Shown one piece after another: positions 10,410 through 20,274 of a stretch of DNA of 64,000 nt. This DNA comes from a virus (taxonomy: Duplodnaviria; Caudoviricetes): positions 160,001 to 224,000 of IMG/VR virus record IMGVR_UViG_3300033069_001378. One strand, given 5' to 3'. Within the stretch, counting starts at the first letter, position 1, and the number at the start of each line of letters is the position of its first letter. The position numbers and the translations under genes were made by a program. The notes under the pieces are model-generated. The model did not search any database and was not told the DNA's origin. It worked only from the letters and a program-made list of their open reading frames with translations.

Positions 10410-12233
10410 TTAAGAACCGTAGATTATGCTTGAATGCTTTGTTCTGTTAACATTGTCATTCATGTTTGTCGTCTGTAATTGAGTGATTGTGTTTGTGCCT
10501 TGGTGCGTATGAGTTTGAACATTACTGTTTGGAGAGTTGACAGTATTCTCCCAAATAGTCTTCATAGCAATTGCCATAGCTGCTACGGCAGGGTTTGGTC
10601 CGTTTGGAGGACATACGTTTCCTGCTGTCGCTGCTGTGTTTACAGCCTCAAAGATTGCCGTAAGAGCTTGATATATACCATTTGAAGATCCACCTTGATT
10701 GTTTGCAAGCTGTCTTATCTGTTGTTGAAGGTTGTCAATTGTTTCTGCATACTTTGACCATAAAACATAAGGCTCTTGTTGGTCTTTTGATGGTCCGATA
10801 TAGATTTTCTTTGCCTGAACCTGTATTCCGTCATCGGTTATGTAGATATAGGCAAGGTCTTTCTCTTGTGTATCAAAGTTTGTTTGATCTCCGCGAGCCA
10901 TTTGGTCTTGTTGCCCAGAGATGCCTTCCTTAATCAAAAGAATTGAACCGTTCACACCCAGATCGGCATCTTTTCTTGCAACAATTCGAATGTGGTCGCC
11001 CTTTTGAACAACATAACTTCTGTTGAATGACCCAGAGATATCTTGAACTGTTGCTCTTGAAGCTTCTGGCTGAGTTACCTTCAATGAGTTGTTTGGATAC
11101 TGAATATCTGATAACCCAAAGTTAACGTCTGCTTCGGTTTGCATGGAAATCAAGATTCTTGCTGCGTCTTTATCAAAATCTGGATCTCCTTCCTTTGGAT
11201 TATTGGATACCCTTCCTCCATCTGAGCGTTTCTGACGGAATGGAGCCTTGTCCGTCTCGAAGCTTCCACGTTGGTTTTGTATGACTCTAGGAGCCGTCCC
11301 TACGGGCGTCTGTTCGCCAGCGGGACCAACCGAGAGGTCAGCAGCTTGATTGGTCACAGAGGAGTTATAGTTATTGTCTGCACTTGGCATTGCTCTGCCA
11401 CGTCCAACGATCAGGTCTATGGTTCCTGCAAATCCCTTTTTGTCGGTCTTGTTATTTCCGTTAACGTTTGGATCAACAGAACCAGAAACGTGACCAAACC
11501 TATCTTCTCCCATCATGATGAGAGTATTGTTAGAACCTTGAAGAACAAGTTCTTGTGGTCTTTTGTGCCAACGAGGTACCGGCTCTGGCGTGATCAACTT
11601 TGATGATGCTGCTTCTTTTGCAAAAACGTCATATGGATTTTGATCGTCTATTGGGGTTAATGTAACTGTTGTATCTGTTCCACCACCGTTTTGGAAATTT
11701 GGAGGAGAGCATTTGGTGATATCTTGTCTGTCTTGAATGGACCAATATCCAAGATTGTTCCTTGCATCATATTGTCTATCGTTATGTGTGTAGTTCACAT
11801 CTTCAATAGTTCCTTGACCATGTGGTCTTGTTATCCAATAGCCAAGTTTGTTTCCAAGGTTGGCATAGTCTTCATAGATGACATATACAACCTCTCCTGG
11901 CTGCACGGGCAACATGATATGAGAGGAAAAGAAAGGAAAGAGAATGGTATCCCTTGCATTGATGAGTCCTTGACCTGTAGATATAAGTCTTGCTATCACA
12001 GCATTTGCTGGAATGACTTCAACAAGCTCTGGATTGTTCACAATCAAAGCTATCTGCTGCTTGTAGTCATCTGAGAGTTCATCAGGGTTAACAATAACGT
12101 CCATAACAACAGCCCTGTGAAGGGTAGGCTCTGTTCCCTTCTTGGCTGCTTGCTCTGCTATCTCTTGTTGATTAGCATAGATGGCATTTTTGCCACCTGT
12201 GGTTTGAATTCTGGATGCGTTACGGTTAAGCAT
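10410..12233 (-). CDS. Putative baseplate hub/central spike protein (gp5/GpV-like)
   Basis: Two genes upstream of gp25. OB-fold-like N-terminus (LPVQPGEVVYV...YW), beta-rich middle (ELVLQGSNNTLIMMGEDR), C-terminal AKKIYIG...EPYVL like GpV-type spikes. No lysozyme domain seen. Confidence 0.55.
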   Translation of the reverse strand: MLNRNASRIQTTGGKNAIYANQQEIAEQAAKKGTEPTLHRAVVMDVIVNPDELSDDYKQQIALIVNNPELVEVIPANAVIARLISTGQGLINARDTILFPFFSSHIMLPVQPGEVVYVIYEDYANLGNKLGYWITRPHGQGTIEDVNYTHNDRQYDARNNLGYWSIQDRQDITKCSPPNFQNGGGTDTTVTLTPIDDQNPYDVFAKEAASSKLITPEPVPRWHKRPQELVLQGSNNTLIMMGEDRFGHVSGSVDPNVNGNNKTDKKGFAGTIDLIVGRGRAMPSADNNYNSSVTNQAADLSVGPAGEQTPVGTAPRVIQNQRGSFETDKAPFRQKRSDGGRVSNNPKEGDPDFDKDAARILISMQTEADVNFGLSDIQYPNNSLKVTQPEASRATVQDISGSFNRSYVVQKGDHIRIVARKDADLGVNGSILLIKEGISGQQDQMARGDQTNFDTQEKDLAYIYITDDGIQVQAKKIYIGPSKDQQEPYVLWSKYAETIDNLQQQIRQLANNQGGSSNGIYQALTAIFEAVNTAATAGNVCPPNGPNPAVAAMAIAMKTIWENTVNSPNSNVQTHTHQGTNTITQLQTTNMNDNVNRTKHSSIIYGS

Positions 12234-12241
12234 TGCTGATA

Positions 12242-12697
12242 TTAGCTCCTGTTGATTTGATCATAGAGGGAATCGTTACTGAACATTGTCTCTTCTGCTT
12301 CTTGAGACTCCTTGTCAACGAGGTCAGCCAACTTAATCAATTGATCGTTTGCTTTTGACATTCTTTCTAGATATTTGCTTAGGTTTATCCCGTGAACACC
12401 ATGGTTTGCCGCATCTCCTGCCACCATGTTATATAGATCACCAAAAAGAACATAAGCATTTCGCCTATCAATTAAGGCATTTTGGTAAATTTGCTTCCAA
12501 AGTGACTTTTTTTTCGCTTCTGTTGTTGACATTGAGTCCAAAAGTGCGTTAAAGTCATCCATGTTGCGGTCGTTCTCCGTATCTAGCTCGGCTGCCTTTG
12601 GAGGAACGAACTTTAGCTCCTCTGTTTCCACCTCTTCCAAATCAATACCAAGTTGCTTTGCTTGTTTGCTAACACCATTTTTGTTTTGTTTTGCCAT
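12242..12697 (-). CDS. Hypothetical helical protein (weakly reminiscent of T4-type terminase small subunit)
   Basis: 151-aa acidic, helical ORF heading the baseplate operon. The function call is speculative. Confidence 0.6.
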   Translation of the reverse strand: MAKQNKNGVSKQAKQLGIDLEEVETEELKFVPPKAAELDTENDRNMDDFNALLDSMSTTEAKKKSLWKQIYQNALIDRRNAYVLFGDLYNMVAGDAANHGVHGINLSKYLERMSKANDQLIKLADLVDKESQEAEETMFSNDSLYDQINRS

Positions 12698-12737
12698 ATT
12701 TATTGAACTCCGTCCTATTTTGCTATATGAGATAAGT

Positions 12738-13361
12738 ATGTTTTACCCAAGTTTACAACATTTGCTAAAAGAAAACGAAAAAGAATCCATTGAGGACCAT
12801 CTGAGGATGCGTGGTGTAGACCCAAACCGCATTCATCTGTTGGTTGACAAGGATTCCAACACCGCTACGTTTTTGTTGTTCAACCTATCGGGAAAGCTGA
12901 TTGGGTACCAGCAGTACAATCCAAGTGGCACCAAGCAGGTCAGGCAGTCCAAGGACGAGAAGTACAAGGACTTGGCTAAGTATTGGACCTACGTAACCAA
13001 GGGTGGTGAATTCAACAACAAGCGAGAGATTGCTGTTTGGGGACTTGACACCTATGATTTGTCGTCGGAACTCTTTCTAACCGAAGGAATCTTCGATGCT
13101 GCCAAAATCCATAACGCAGGATATGCTGCCATTGCCACTCTAGCCAATGATCCCGAGCCTGTTCGGGAATGGCTTAGAATCATCGGCAAGCAGAAGAAGA
13201 TCATCGCAATTCTTGACAACGACAAGGAGACGAACGCAGGTAACGCTCTTCAAAAGTATGCTCACAAAAGCTATAAAACCCCCGATCCATATAAGGATCT
13301 AGGGGATATGCCTCAAGAGCTAGTGAACGACTTTATCAAGTCGATCGTCATCAATAGCTGA
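12738..13361 (+). CDS. Standalone TOPRIM-domain protein (DnaG-like catalytic core, no zinc-binding domain)
   Basis: LFLTEGIFDA, ILDND...AG and YKDLGDM motifs of DnaG-type TOPRIM. The likely start is ATG 12738; the track's 12561 start overlaps the opposite gene. Confidence 0.8.
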   Translation: MFYPSLQHLLKENEKESIEDHLRMRGVDPNRIHLLVDKDSNTATFLLFNLSGKLIGYQQYNPSGTKQVRQSKDEKYKDLAKYWTYVTKGGEFNNKREIAVWGLDTYDLSSELFLTEGIFDAAKIHNAGYAAIATLANDPEPVREWLRIIGKQKKIIAILDNDKETNAGNALQKYAHKSYKTPDPYKDLGDMPQELVNDFIKSIVINS

Positions 13362-14103
13362 ACTCTTCGTTCTTCTTAATGTCTTTGTACTGCTTCTTTA
13401 GGGAAGACAGGCAGAGACTTAGTTGTTTTGAGTTTAGCTGTGTTATTTCTCTCACATAGAGAAGCAAAGCTCTCTTTGAGAAGAATTCAAGATTGTCAAT
13501 GTTGTCCATGATATCTCTAACGGCGGCAATGGTTAGCTTTTCATTTGTTGATTTAGCTCTGCCATCTAGTTCCGTTAGAATCTTGTCAAGATATATCTTC
13601 ATTTCCTTTGTTGAAGTTACTTCGTCATAGGATGGGATATAGTTGTGGCTTTCAATCTTCTCTGCATCGGCAACAGACATATTCTCTGTGTCGTCAATGC
13701 TGACGTACTGTTGAACCTTCTTAGCATTCTGCTTGCTCTTTATGGTAAGCCAATGCTTTGCAACTACGTTGAAGTAAGAGAATGCCTTGGAACTCTTTGT
13801 AACGTCGTACTTGTGTACGGTGCCATAAAGAAACTCCATGCACTCATGCTTTAGATCTTCTTTGGAGTCCAACTGAACCTTGAAGCCGTAAACGTTGATC
13901 AAGTTCTCAACAAGAGAATCAAACGCTGGAAGGATTTCCTTAACGTAAATGTACTCCTTCATTTGAGGAACCGATTCTTCTTGGTACCTTACGATTGCCT
14001 TTTGGGTGTCTTGAGTAAAGTAGGTCTTTGAAGGACCGGAACCAGGCTTCTTACGCTTGATCTTCCTTTTAATCAACTTGTCACCCTTGATTGGTGCTTT
14101 CAT
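13351..14103 (-). CDS. Phage RNA polymerase sigma factor, T4 gp55-like (late transcription)
   Basis: Sigma70 region-2-like segment EDLKHECMEFLYGTVHKYDVTKSSKAFSYFNVVAKHWL; 250 aa; sits next to the structural operon. Confidence 0.72.
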   Translation of the reverse strand: MKAPIKGDKLIKRKIKRKKPGSGPSKTYFTQDTQKAIVRYQEESVPQMKEYIYVKEILPAFDSLVENLINVYGFKVQLDSKEDLKHECMEFLYGTVHKYDVTKSSKAFSYFNVVAKHWLTIKSKQNAKKVQQYVSIDDTENMSVADAEKIESHNYIPSYDEVTSTKEMKIYLDKILTELDGRAKSTNEKLTIAAVRDIMDNIDNLEFFSKRALLLYVREITQLNSKQLSLCLSSLKKQYKDIKKNEEFSY

Positions 14104-14639
14104 ATATTTCGCGCCTTTCTAGCGGCAGTCATTTCATCTGTTGTCATAAAGTAGACGTCTGCATCTTCTCCAAGCTCTTGCTTGAATCCAAGGATTCTAC
14201 TTGTAATGAGTTCGTCATTGATAGCCCCAGGCTGTCCTCTGACTTGCTCAACTTCTACGGGCTCTTCGTAAATTACGTATTGTTGTTTGCTACGTTCCAC
14301 AAACCTTTGTGCCATCTGTCTTACCTTAACTCGGCACATCATAACTTCTTGTCTTGCGGCATCTACAACAGGTCTAACGTGCTCAGAATCGAAGAAGAGT
14401 CTTAGAGAAATTACGTTTTCTAGGCTTTCTTCGCACTCTTTGAATGTTTGAAGGGTTGTAGCGATATCTTCTTCGAAGATAAGAATGATTCTCATGAACC
14501 GATATAGATAAAATAGAGATACAGAAAGAGCAATTCCCAAAACCGCGCTAAGAAACTTGAAATCATACAAATAGAATCCAAGAGAGAACAAAGCAATCGC
14601 TGCTAAGGTACCCAATATTCTATATACCCATTTATTCAT
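14100..14639 (-). CDS. Hypothetical membrane protein (two N-terminal hydrophobic helices plus coiled coil)
   Basis: ILGTLAAIALFSLGFYLY and FLSAVLGIALSVSLFYLY; GGAG Shine-Dalgarno before ATG 14639. Confidence 0.75.
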   Translation of the reverse strand: MNKWVYRILGTLAAIALFSLGFYLYDFKFLSAVLGIALSVSLFYLYRFMRIILIFEEDIATTLQTFKECEESLENVISLRLFFDSEHVRPVVDAARQEVMMCRVKVRQMAQRFVERSKQQYVIYEEPVEVEQVRGQPGAINDELITSRILGFKQELGEDADVYFMTTDEMTAARKARNI

Positions 14640-14653
14640 AGCGTCTCCCTTGT

Positions 14654-15862
14654 TCAAATCTTGTCGTTGAAGATTTCATCATATCTCTTTGAGATAGCTT
14701 CGTGTGAGTATTTCTGGCGAATGGTTACTCCAAGATCCTTTGCCCATTGCTTTGGAATGGAAGAAGCTGCGTAGAACTTCTTTAGCTTAGCAATAGCATC
14801 TGGTTCACGAGCACTTGCCCACTTTGAACCTGGGATGAAGATTTGGTTATCGATTCTTGATTCATGAACTGGAACAAGATCCTTTTCAACCTTGACCCAC
14901 TTGCCTTCGTTTAGGAATTCTGTATGAGCAGACCAGTCGGTTGCGATAACAGGAAGGTCCGAAGCTGCTGCTTCAAGCATTGGAAGACCAAAGCCCTCGC
15001 CTCTTGTAAGAGAAATCAAAGCTTTCACCTTTGGGTTTCTATACATGTTGGCAACTTCTTGATTGTCCATATCGCCATGAAGGATATAGACCTTTGGACC
15101 CTTGGAGTCCTTGTACTTCAATTGCATTTGTAGCTGTGTGAAGAGCGACATAACCTGTGCTCTGTCAACAGAGGTGTTTCTGCCTGCATTGGTCTTAACG
15201 ATGATTCCAACGTTTTCGTTATCCTTGAAAGCTTCGTAGAGAGCCTTCATGGTGTATCCAAAGTTCTTTCTGTCGTTCTCTGGATTGTTACCTGTTAACT
15301 GTCCGAAGAGTAGGAAGTTGAAGTCTGTTGGGATATTTTTGAACATATCAACAACGTCAACTGTTGTGTTTGCCACTTCTTCTGTGAATGACTCAGGGAT
15401 CACAACGATGTTTGTCTTGATTTCCTTGTTGATCATCTTTGCTGTGTTGACAAAACAGGTCTTTGTGAACTCGGATGGAACAATAACCAAATCCATTCTG
15501 TTAATACCGTCAATCCAAACAGGATTGCAGATATCAGTCTCTACACCAGCGGTCACACCGATGTTATAGTTAGCAGCAAAAGCATTCCATTCGTTTGGAA
15601 GTTGGACTTGAACAGATAGGTCATAGGAATCAAGCTTCTTAGCATTCTGAATCATCCAGCCTGGAAGACCTTGTGTGTTTGTGATCCAAGGTGTGATTCC
15701 CCAAGGTAGAAGTTCAAAAGATACGTCTAGCTTGTCTGCACCAACAGCATTTTGCTTGTCGAAGAACCATTTTGCAATTTGACGAGCATGTACGCCATAA
15801 CCACTCTCGGTAATGAATGGACCTCTTAGCAAGACATTTTTCTTTTTCTGTTCTTCGCTCAT
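14654..15862 (-). CDS. Glycosyltransferase, GT-B fold (GT4-like)
   Basis: SGYGVHAR N-terminus; GEGFGLPMLEAAASDLPVIAT (EX7E motif). Confidence 0.9.
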   Translation of the reverse strand: MSEEQKKKNVLLRGPFITESGYGVHARQIAKWFFDKQNAVGADKLDVSFELLPWGITPWITNTQGLPGWMIQNAKKLDSYDLSVQVQLPNEWNAFAANYNIGVTAGVETDICNPVWIDGINRMDLVIVPSEFTKTCFVNTAKMINKEIKTNIVVIPESFTEEVANTTVDVVDMFKNIPTDFNFLLFGQLTGNNPENDRKNFGYTMKALYEAFKDNENVGIIVKTNAGRNTSVDRAQVMSLFTQLQMQLKYKDSKGPKVYILHGDMDNQEVANMYRNPKVKALISLTRGEGFGLPMLEAAASDLPVIATDWSAHTEFLNEGKWVKVEKDLVPVHESRIDNQIFIPGSKWASAREPDAIAKLKKFYAASSIPKQWAKDLGVTIRQKYSHEAISKRYDEIFNDKI

Positions 15863-17355
15863 TGTGCTACTCCTTGTGCTGTTACCTTTTTAAGACCCAT
15901 TGGCTTCTTCTCTATAAGTGCTTGATCGTTTGCAATTGCTTGTGCAGATGGTTGTGGCATCTTGAACTGCTCTTGTGGACCGATGATTTTTGGCATTACT
16001 GCCTGTGGTTGATCGATTCTTGTTCCGGCAGATACAACTTCTTGAAGTGTCCAACGACCATACTTGTTTCTGTTATTGTTCTTGTAGTCTGTGATACAGG
16101 TATCCATTGTGGTATCCCACTTGTTTACCATATCATTGTAGTTGAATTCGAAATCAACATAGTCAACGCAACGCTTTTCCATTGCGTCCTTTTCTTCTTC
16201 TGTCATTTCATAAATCTTCATGAACGCATCAACAATATCTTGTGTTCCTGCGTAGTCTTCATAGATGTATGGAACTTGTTGTGAGCCGACGAGAAGTCTC
16301 TTACAAGGTTCAATAGCAACGCCGTGTTCAAAGCCGTCTCTCCAGTCAATAACCTGGCGTGTTTCGCCACCTGTCTTTAGAGCAACGATTGGCTTACCAA
16401 CTTGTAGCGAGGTCAATGTTGAAAGACCAAAACCTTCGTTCTTTGAGATATTTACAACTCCGTCAACGATGTTATGAAGAACGTTCATTTGTTCAAATTG
16501 AAGCTTCTCAACGGAGAACCATACATTGTCTTGGATTCCTAGCTGTTGAGAAACAGCAATGATATCTGGACCTTCTGGATCCTTTGGATCTGTGTGCATT
16601 ATGAGAACGGCTCTCTTATGACCATGCTTTGCTTGCAGATTGTCAATGAACAATCTCCATGCTTCCATGACGTCAGATGGACACTTTCTCGTAGCATTTC
16701 TGTTAACCCAAAGCATCTTGTACCAGTCTGCCTTGTCCCCGAACTGTTGAGCAGCTACATTTGCACGAGTTGCCTTGTCAAGTGGGAAATATACGTTCTT
16801 TGGAAATGCGTGAGGAATGTAGTTTGTCTTCTCTGGGAAATTTGGCTTAACAAGCTCGTATGTCTTGTGAGAAAGACAATTGATTAGCTCTGTTCCTTCA
16901 TACCATGCACGATTGAAAGCAGGATATGGATCGTTGTCCCATACGTGCCAATAAACAATTGGACAGACTTGCTTTATTTCGTCTTCCATTTCCCATAGCC
17001 AAGTGAACTGGCGAGGATCTGTGAAGATAAAGATAGCATCTGGCTTTTCTGAAATGAGAATGGAACGGATCATATCCTTGGTTCCAAACCCATCAACAGG
17101 TTGAATGATGAAGTCTTCGTTCACTTGAATGGTTCTGTAATCCGAGTGCTTCATAGCACCACCCAAACAACGGAACGTGTACTTTCCTGTATCAATCAAG
17201 CCATTGATCAAAAATCTTGCCTGAACTCCTACACCACTTGTTGCAAGTGGATGATCGGATAAGAACAAAATCTTGTGCTTCTTTTTTGGCTTGAAGAAAA
17301 AGTCTTCTTCATTATCATCTTGAACGCTGATTGTGCTTGTCTGTGGTTCTGTCAT
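15859..17355 (-). CDS. Glycosyltransferase, GT-B fold (GT4-like)
   Basis: KILFLSDHP..SGVG, NRNATRK, NEGFGLSTLTSLQVGKPIV; AGGTGA Shine-Dalgarno before ATG 17355. Confidence 0.9.
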   Translation of the reverse strand: MTEPQTSTISVQDDNEEDFFFKPKKKHKILFLSDHPLATSGVGVQARFLINGLIDTGKYTFRCLGGAMKHSDYRTIQVNEDFIIQPVDGFGTKDMIRSILISEKPDAIFIFTDPRQFTWLWEMEDEIKQVCPIVYWHVWDNDPYPAFNRAWYEGTELINCLSHKTYELVKPNFPEKTNYIPHAFPKNVYFPLDKATRANVAAQQFGDKADWYKMLWVNRNATRKCPSDVMEAWRLFIDNLQAKHGHKRAVLIMHTDPKDPEGPDIIAVSQQLGIQDNVWFSVEKLQFEQMNVLHNIVDGVVNISKNEGFGLSTLTSLQVGKPIVALKTGGETRQVIDWRDGFEHGVAIEPCKRLLVGSQQVPYIYEDYAGTQDIVDAFMKIYEMTEEEKDAMEKRCVDYVDFEFNYNDMVNKWDTTMDTCITDYKNNNRNKYGRWTLQEVVSAGTRIDQPQAVMPKIIGPQEQFKMPQPSAQAIANDQALIEKKPMGLKKVTAQGVAQ

Positions 17356-17456
17356 TGTCAAATCACCTATATCTCCATTTTGGAATAGACTATTGCTTAG
17401 AAACGCCCTTGTCCAACATATTTAAGGGCACTCAAAAGATATAGGTAGAATACAGA

Positions 17457-18428
17457 CTATTTGACTATGTTTTCTATCTCGTGATCATACATGAGCTTAA
17501 CAAGGTCTAAGAATTTCGTTCTTGGAGTCCAACCAAGCTTTTGCTTTGCTTTTGCATAATCACCTAGCAAATAAGGTACTTCCTCGGGTCTGCAAAGACG
17601 TTCATCAAAATGAACGTGCTCCTCAACCGAAAGACCTGCTAGCTTAAACGTTTCATAAAGAAATTCGGTGACTTTGTGAGTCTGACCTGTTGCCAGAACG
17701 TAGTCATCTGGCTTGTCTTGTTGAAGCATTAGCCACATTCCTTCAACGTAGTCAGGTGCGTAGCCCCAATCTCTGTAGGCTTCAAGATTTCCAAGATATA
17801 GCTTATCTTGTACGCCTGTTTTTATTCTGGCTGCTGCCATGGAAATCTTTCTTGTAACAAACGTCTCACCGCGACGTTCTGACTCATGGTTGAACAAGAT
17901 TCCACAGCTTGCATGAAGACCATAGGACTCTCTATAGTTTCTGGTAATGTTATGAGCGTAGAGTTTGGCACAAGCATATGGCGATGCTGGAAGCATCTTT
18001 GATTCTTCTGTATATCCTGTTAATGGGCAAGGAGATACACCATACATTTCCGAGGAGCTTGCCTGATAGAACCTTGCGTTTGGAACAAGCTCCTTCATTG
18101 CGTTCAAGAGCTTAAGTGTACCCATGCTCACGGCTTCCAAAGTCTCTTCGGGCACATCGAACGACACCCTTACATGAGATTGAGCAGCGAGGTTATAGAT
18201 TTCATCTGGCTTGTACCTATTCAGAATCTTGTATAGCGAATGAGAGTCTGTTATGTTTCCCCACTCCATAACAAAATTTGGATGCTTGTAGATATTCTCA
18301 AGCCGTTCTGTGTTGAACGTACTTGTTCTTCTTCTCAAACCAACGACCTTGTAACCCTTTGACAAAAGAAGTTCGGCAAGATGGCTTCCATCCATGCCGG
18401 TGATTCCTGTAATAAACGCTGTCTTCAT
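17457..18428 (-). CDS. gmd: GDP-mannose 4,6-dehydratase
   Basis: [70 protein letters not shown]. Start ATG 18428 overlaps the upstream stop. Confidence 0.95.
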   Translation of the reverse strand: MKTAFITGITGMDGSHLAELLLSKGYKVVGLRRRTSTFNTERLENIYKHPNFVMEWGNITDSHSLYKILNRYKPDEIYNLAAQSHVRVSFDVPEETLEAVSMGTLKLLNAMKELVPNARFYQASSSEMYGVSPCPLTGYTEESKMLPASPYACAKLYAHNITRNYRESYGLHASCGILFNHESERRGETFVTRKISMAAARIKTGVQDKLYLGNLEAYRDWGYAPDYVEGMWLMLQQDKPDDYVLATGQTHKVTEFLYETFKLAGLSVEEHVHFDERLCRPEEVPYLLGDYAKAKQKLGWTPRTKFLDLVKLMYDHEIENIVK

Positions 18429-19420
18429 ATTCCTCTTACCTTTGGATACTGTGATGCGAACCATTCACATGTTTCTTTTAATGCCGTATCAAAGTCAGTA
18501 TAGAATTGAGACTCATCTTGCACAGACGAATCCACAAAAAGATTCATGAAGTTTCCGTTATCGCTTGGCTTTCTAAAGATTCCATTTGGCTTATCATCAT
18601 CCCACTTTACTTGCCACTTGTCATAACCAAATATGTCGCAAACCTTGTTTACAGCGGCACTTATGGCATATTCTTGATTCGTTCCGATATTAACCAAGGT
18701 ATAGTTCTTGTAGAGTCTCTTGCCATTTAGCTTGTTTGCCTTGCATACATGGTCCACTCTATCAATCACAGTCATTATTGCTTTAGCCACATCTTTTGAA
18801 TATGTGAACTGACGTAGAGAACGACCGTTGCCCCAAAAGACAGGACGTTCGTTGGTTAGCTTGGCTTCATAGATTCTTCTAATGATTGCAGGGAGTACAT
18901 GACCATTTTCTAGATCAAAGTTATCGTGCGGACCAAAGATGTTATTTGGAATGACGCAAATATACTTTCTGCCATGCTGTTCTCTATAGATTCTTGATTG
19001 AACGTCTAGCATTCTCTTTGCGTATGCATATCCAAAGTTTGAATCGTGAGGTTCTCCGTCATGGAGATCTCTCTCGTCGTAAGGCATACCTTTTCTTGGC
19101 TTCTCTGGAAAGATGCAAGTGCTCAGCATCGAAACAACCATATCGACGTTGCATGTATGTGCTGCGCGAAGAACGTTTGTGTTGATTGCAAGATTCTCAT
19201 GAAAGAAACCGTCTTGGTCTTTCATGTTGCCTTGAACACCACCAACCTTTGCAGCTAGATGAATGATTACGTCAGGCTGATGCCTACAGAGAAGTCTTAC
19301 AGTGTCTTCATAGCTCTTGAGATCGCAATCTCCAGAACCAACAAGGATACAATTTGGATAAGCCTCGAAAGCTTTTCCAACCATTCCCGTTCCACCTGTT
19401 ACAAGTATTTTCTTTGTCAT
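18425..19420 (-). CDS. fcl: GDP-L-fucose synthase (GDP-4-keto-6-deoxymannose epimerase/reductase)
   Basis: [23 protein letters not shown] (catalytic Cys), YAYAKR, DNF...GHVLPA (catalytic His); adjacent to gmd. Confidence 0.9.
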   Translation of the reverse strand: MTKKILVTGGTGMVGKAFEAYPNCILVGSGDCDLKSYEDTVRLLCRHQPDVIIHLAAKVGGVQGNMKDQDGFFHENLAINTNVLRAAHTCNVDMVVSMLSTCIFPEKPRKGMPYDERDLHDGEPHDSNFGYAYAKRMLDVQSRIYREQHGRKYICVIPNNIFGPHDNFDLENGHVLPAIIRRIYEAKLTNERPVFWGNGRSLRQFTYSKDVAKAIMTVIDRVDHVCKANKLNGKRLYKNYTLVNIGTNQEYAISAAVNKVCDIFGYDKWQVKWDDDKPNGIFRKPSDNGNFMNLFVDSSVQDESQFYTDFDTALKETCEWFASQYPKVRGI

Positions 19421-20274
19421 TGTTGTTTGTTCCTGTGGTGCTCAATAACTTTTGCTATGCCAGCTTCCAGATCAATCTTTGGCTGCCAGATTGAAGCTAT
19501 ATTTCTGTTTGGTTCATATGGTGTTTGCTCGTGAACCGTATCTTTTTTGTCTCCGGGGCTCCAAGAAGAACCATTCAGTTGACCTGCTACCAAGTTGGCA
19601 ACGTCTGCAATGGAAGACCACACATAACTTGTCACATTGTAATCAATCGTTCTATCTATGCTGTTGTAGTTTTCCATTAGGGCAATGAAAGCTTCACAAC
19701 AATCATCTGCATGAAGAAACTGTCTCTTCTCAGTACCGTCCGTAAGAAGCTTTGCTTCGTGAGGAGGTTTTATCATCTGCCTAACAAGGTCTGTGATCAC
19801 ATGGGACTTCTCATTGTCCTCTTCGATTCCATAAACATTCCAAAGCCTTGTAACGACTCCACCTAGAGCATACGTGTAAAACTCTCCTAGACGCTTTTGT
19901 ATTCCGTATGGTGAGTTTTGATTATTGGCAAGTTGACTTGAAACAAAGAGAAATGGAGTCTTTGTTCTTTCAAGATTTTCAAATACGTTCGACATAATCT
20001 CCGTATTGCTTTGAAGGAACGGATAAGAGCCCTGTTTTGTATTTAGATACTTCGACCCTCCAACATCAAATGCCAGAAAGAACACAAAGTCGGATTCAAG
20101 AATGTGCCTTGTTAGCGAATAACTGTTTGGTATTCTGATATCTTGAATCAGAGAGTTTTTGATATCAAACTCAAAAACCTCGTAACCATGCTGTCTAAGC
20201 GATTCGGTTAAAGGTTTTCCAATTTGTCCTGCGGAACCGAGGACCAACACTTTTTTGATTTTCTTCTTATTCAT
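19417..20274 (-). CDS. NAD-dependent epimerase/dehydratase (extended SDR)
   Basis: GSAGQIG, YGIQK (YxxxK), RLWNVYG, RQFLHADD. Confidence 0.85.
   Translation of the reverse strand: MNKKKIKKVLVLGSAGQIGKPLTESLRQHGYEVFEFDIKNSLIQDIRIPNSYSLTRHILESDFVFFLAFDVGGSKYLNTKQGSYPFLQSNTEIMSNVFENLERTKTPFLFVSSQLANNQNSPYGIQKRLGEFYTYALGGVVTRLWNVYGIEEDNEKSHVITDLVRQMIKPPHEAKLLTDGTEKRQFLHADDCCEAFIALMENYNSIDRTIDYNVTSYVWSSIADVANLVAGQLNGSSWSPGDKKDTVHEQTPYEPNRNIASIWQPKIDLEAGIAKVIEHHRNKQQ

Noticed and set aside
7506-12233. T6SS or extracellular contractile injection system in a bacterial chromosome
   Set aside because: No Tss membrane complex, ClpV or housekeeping genes; the context (gp55-like sigma, PhoH, Prim-Pol) is phage-like.
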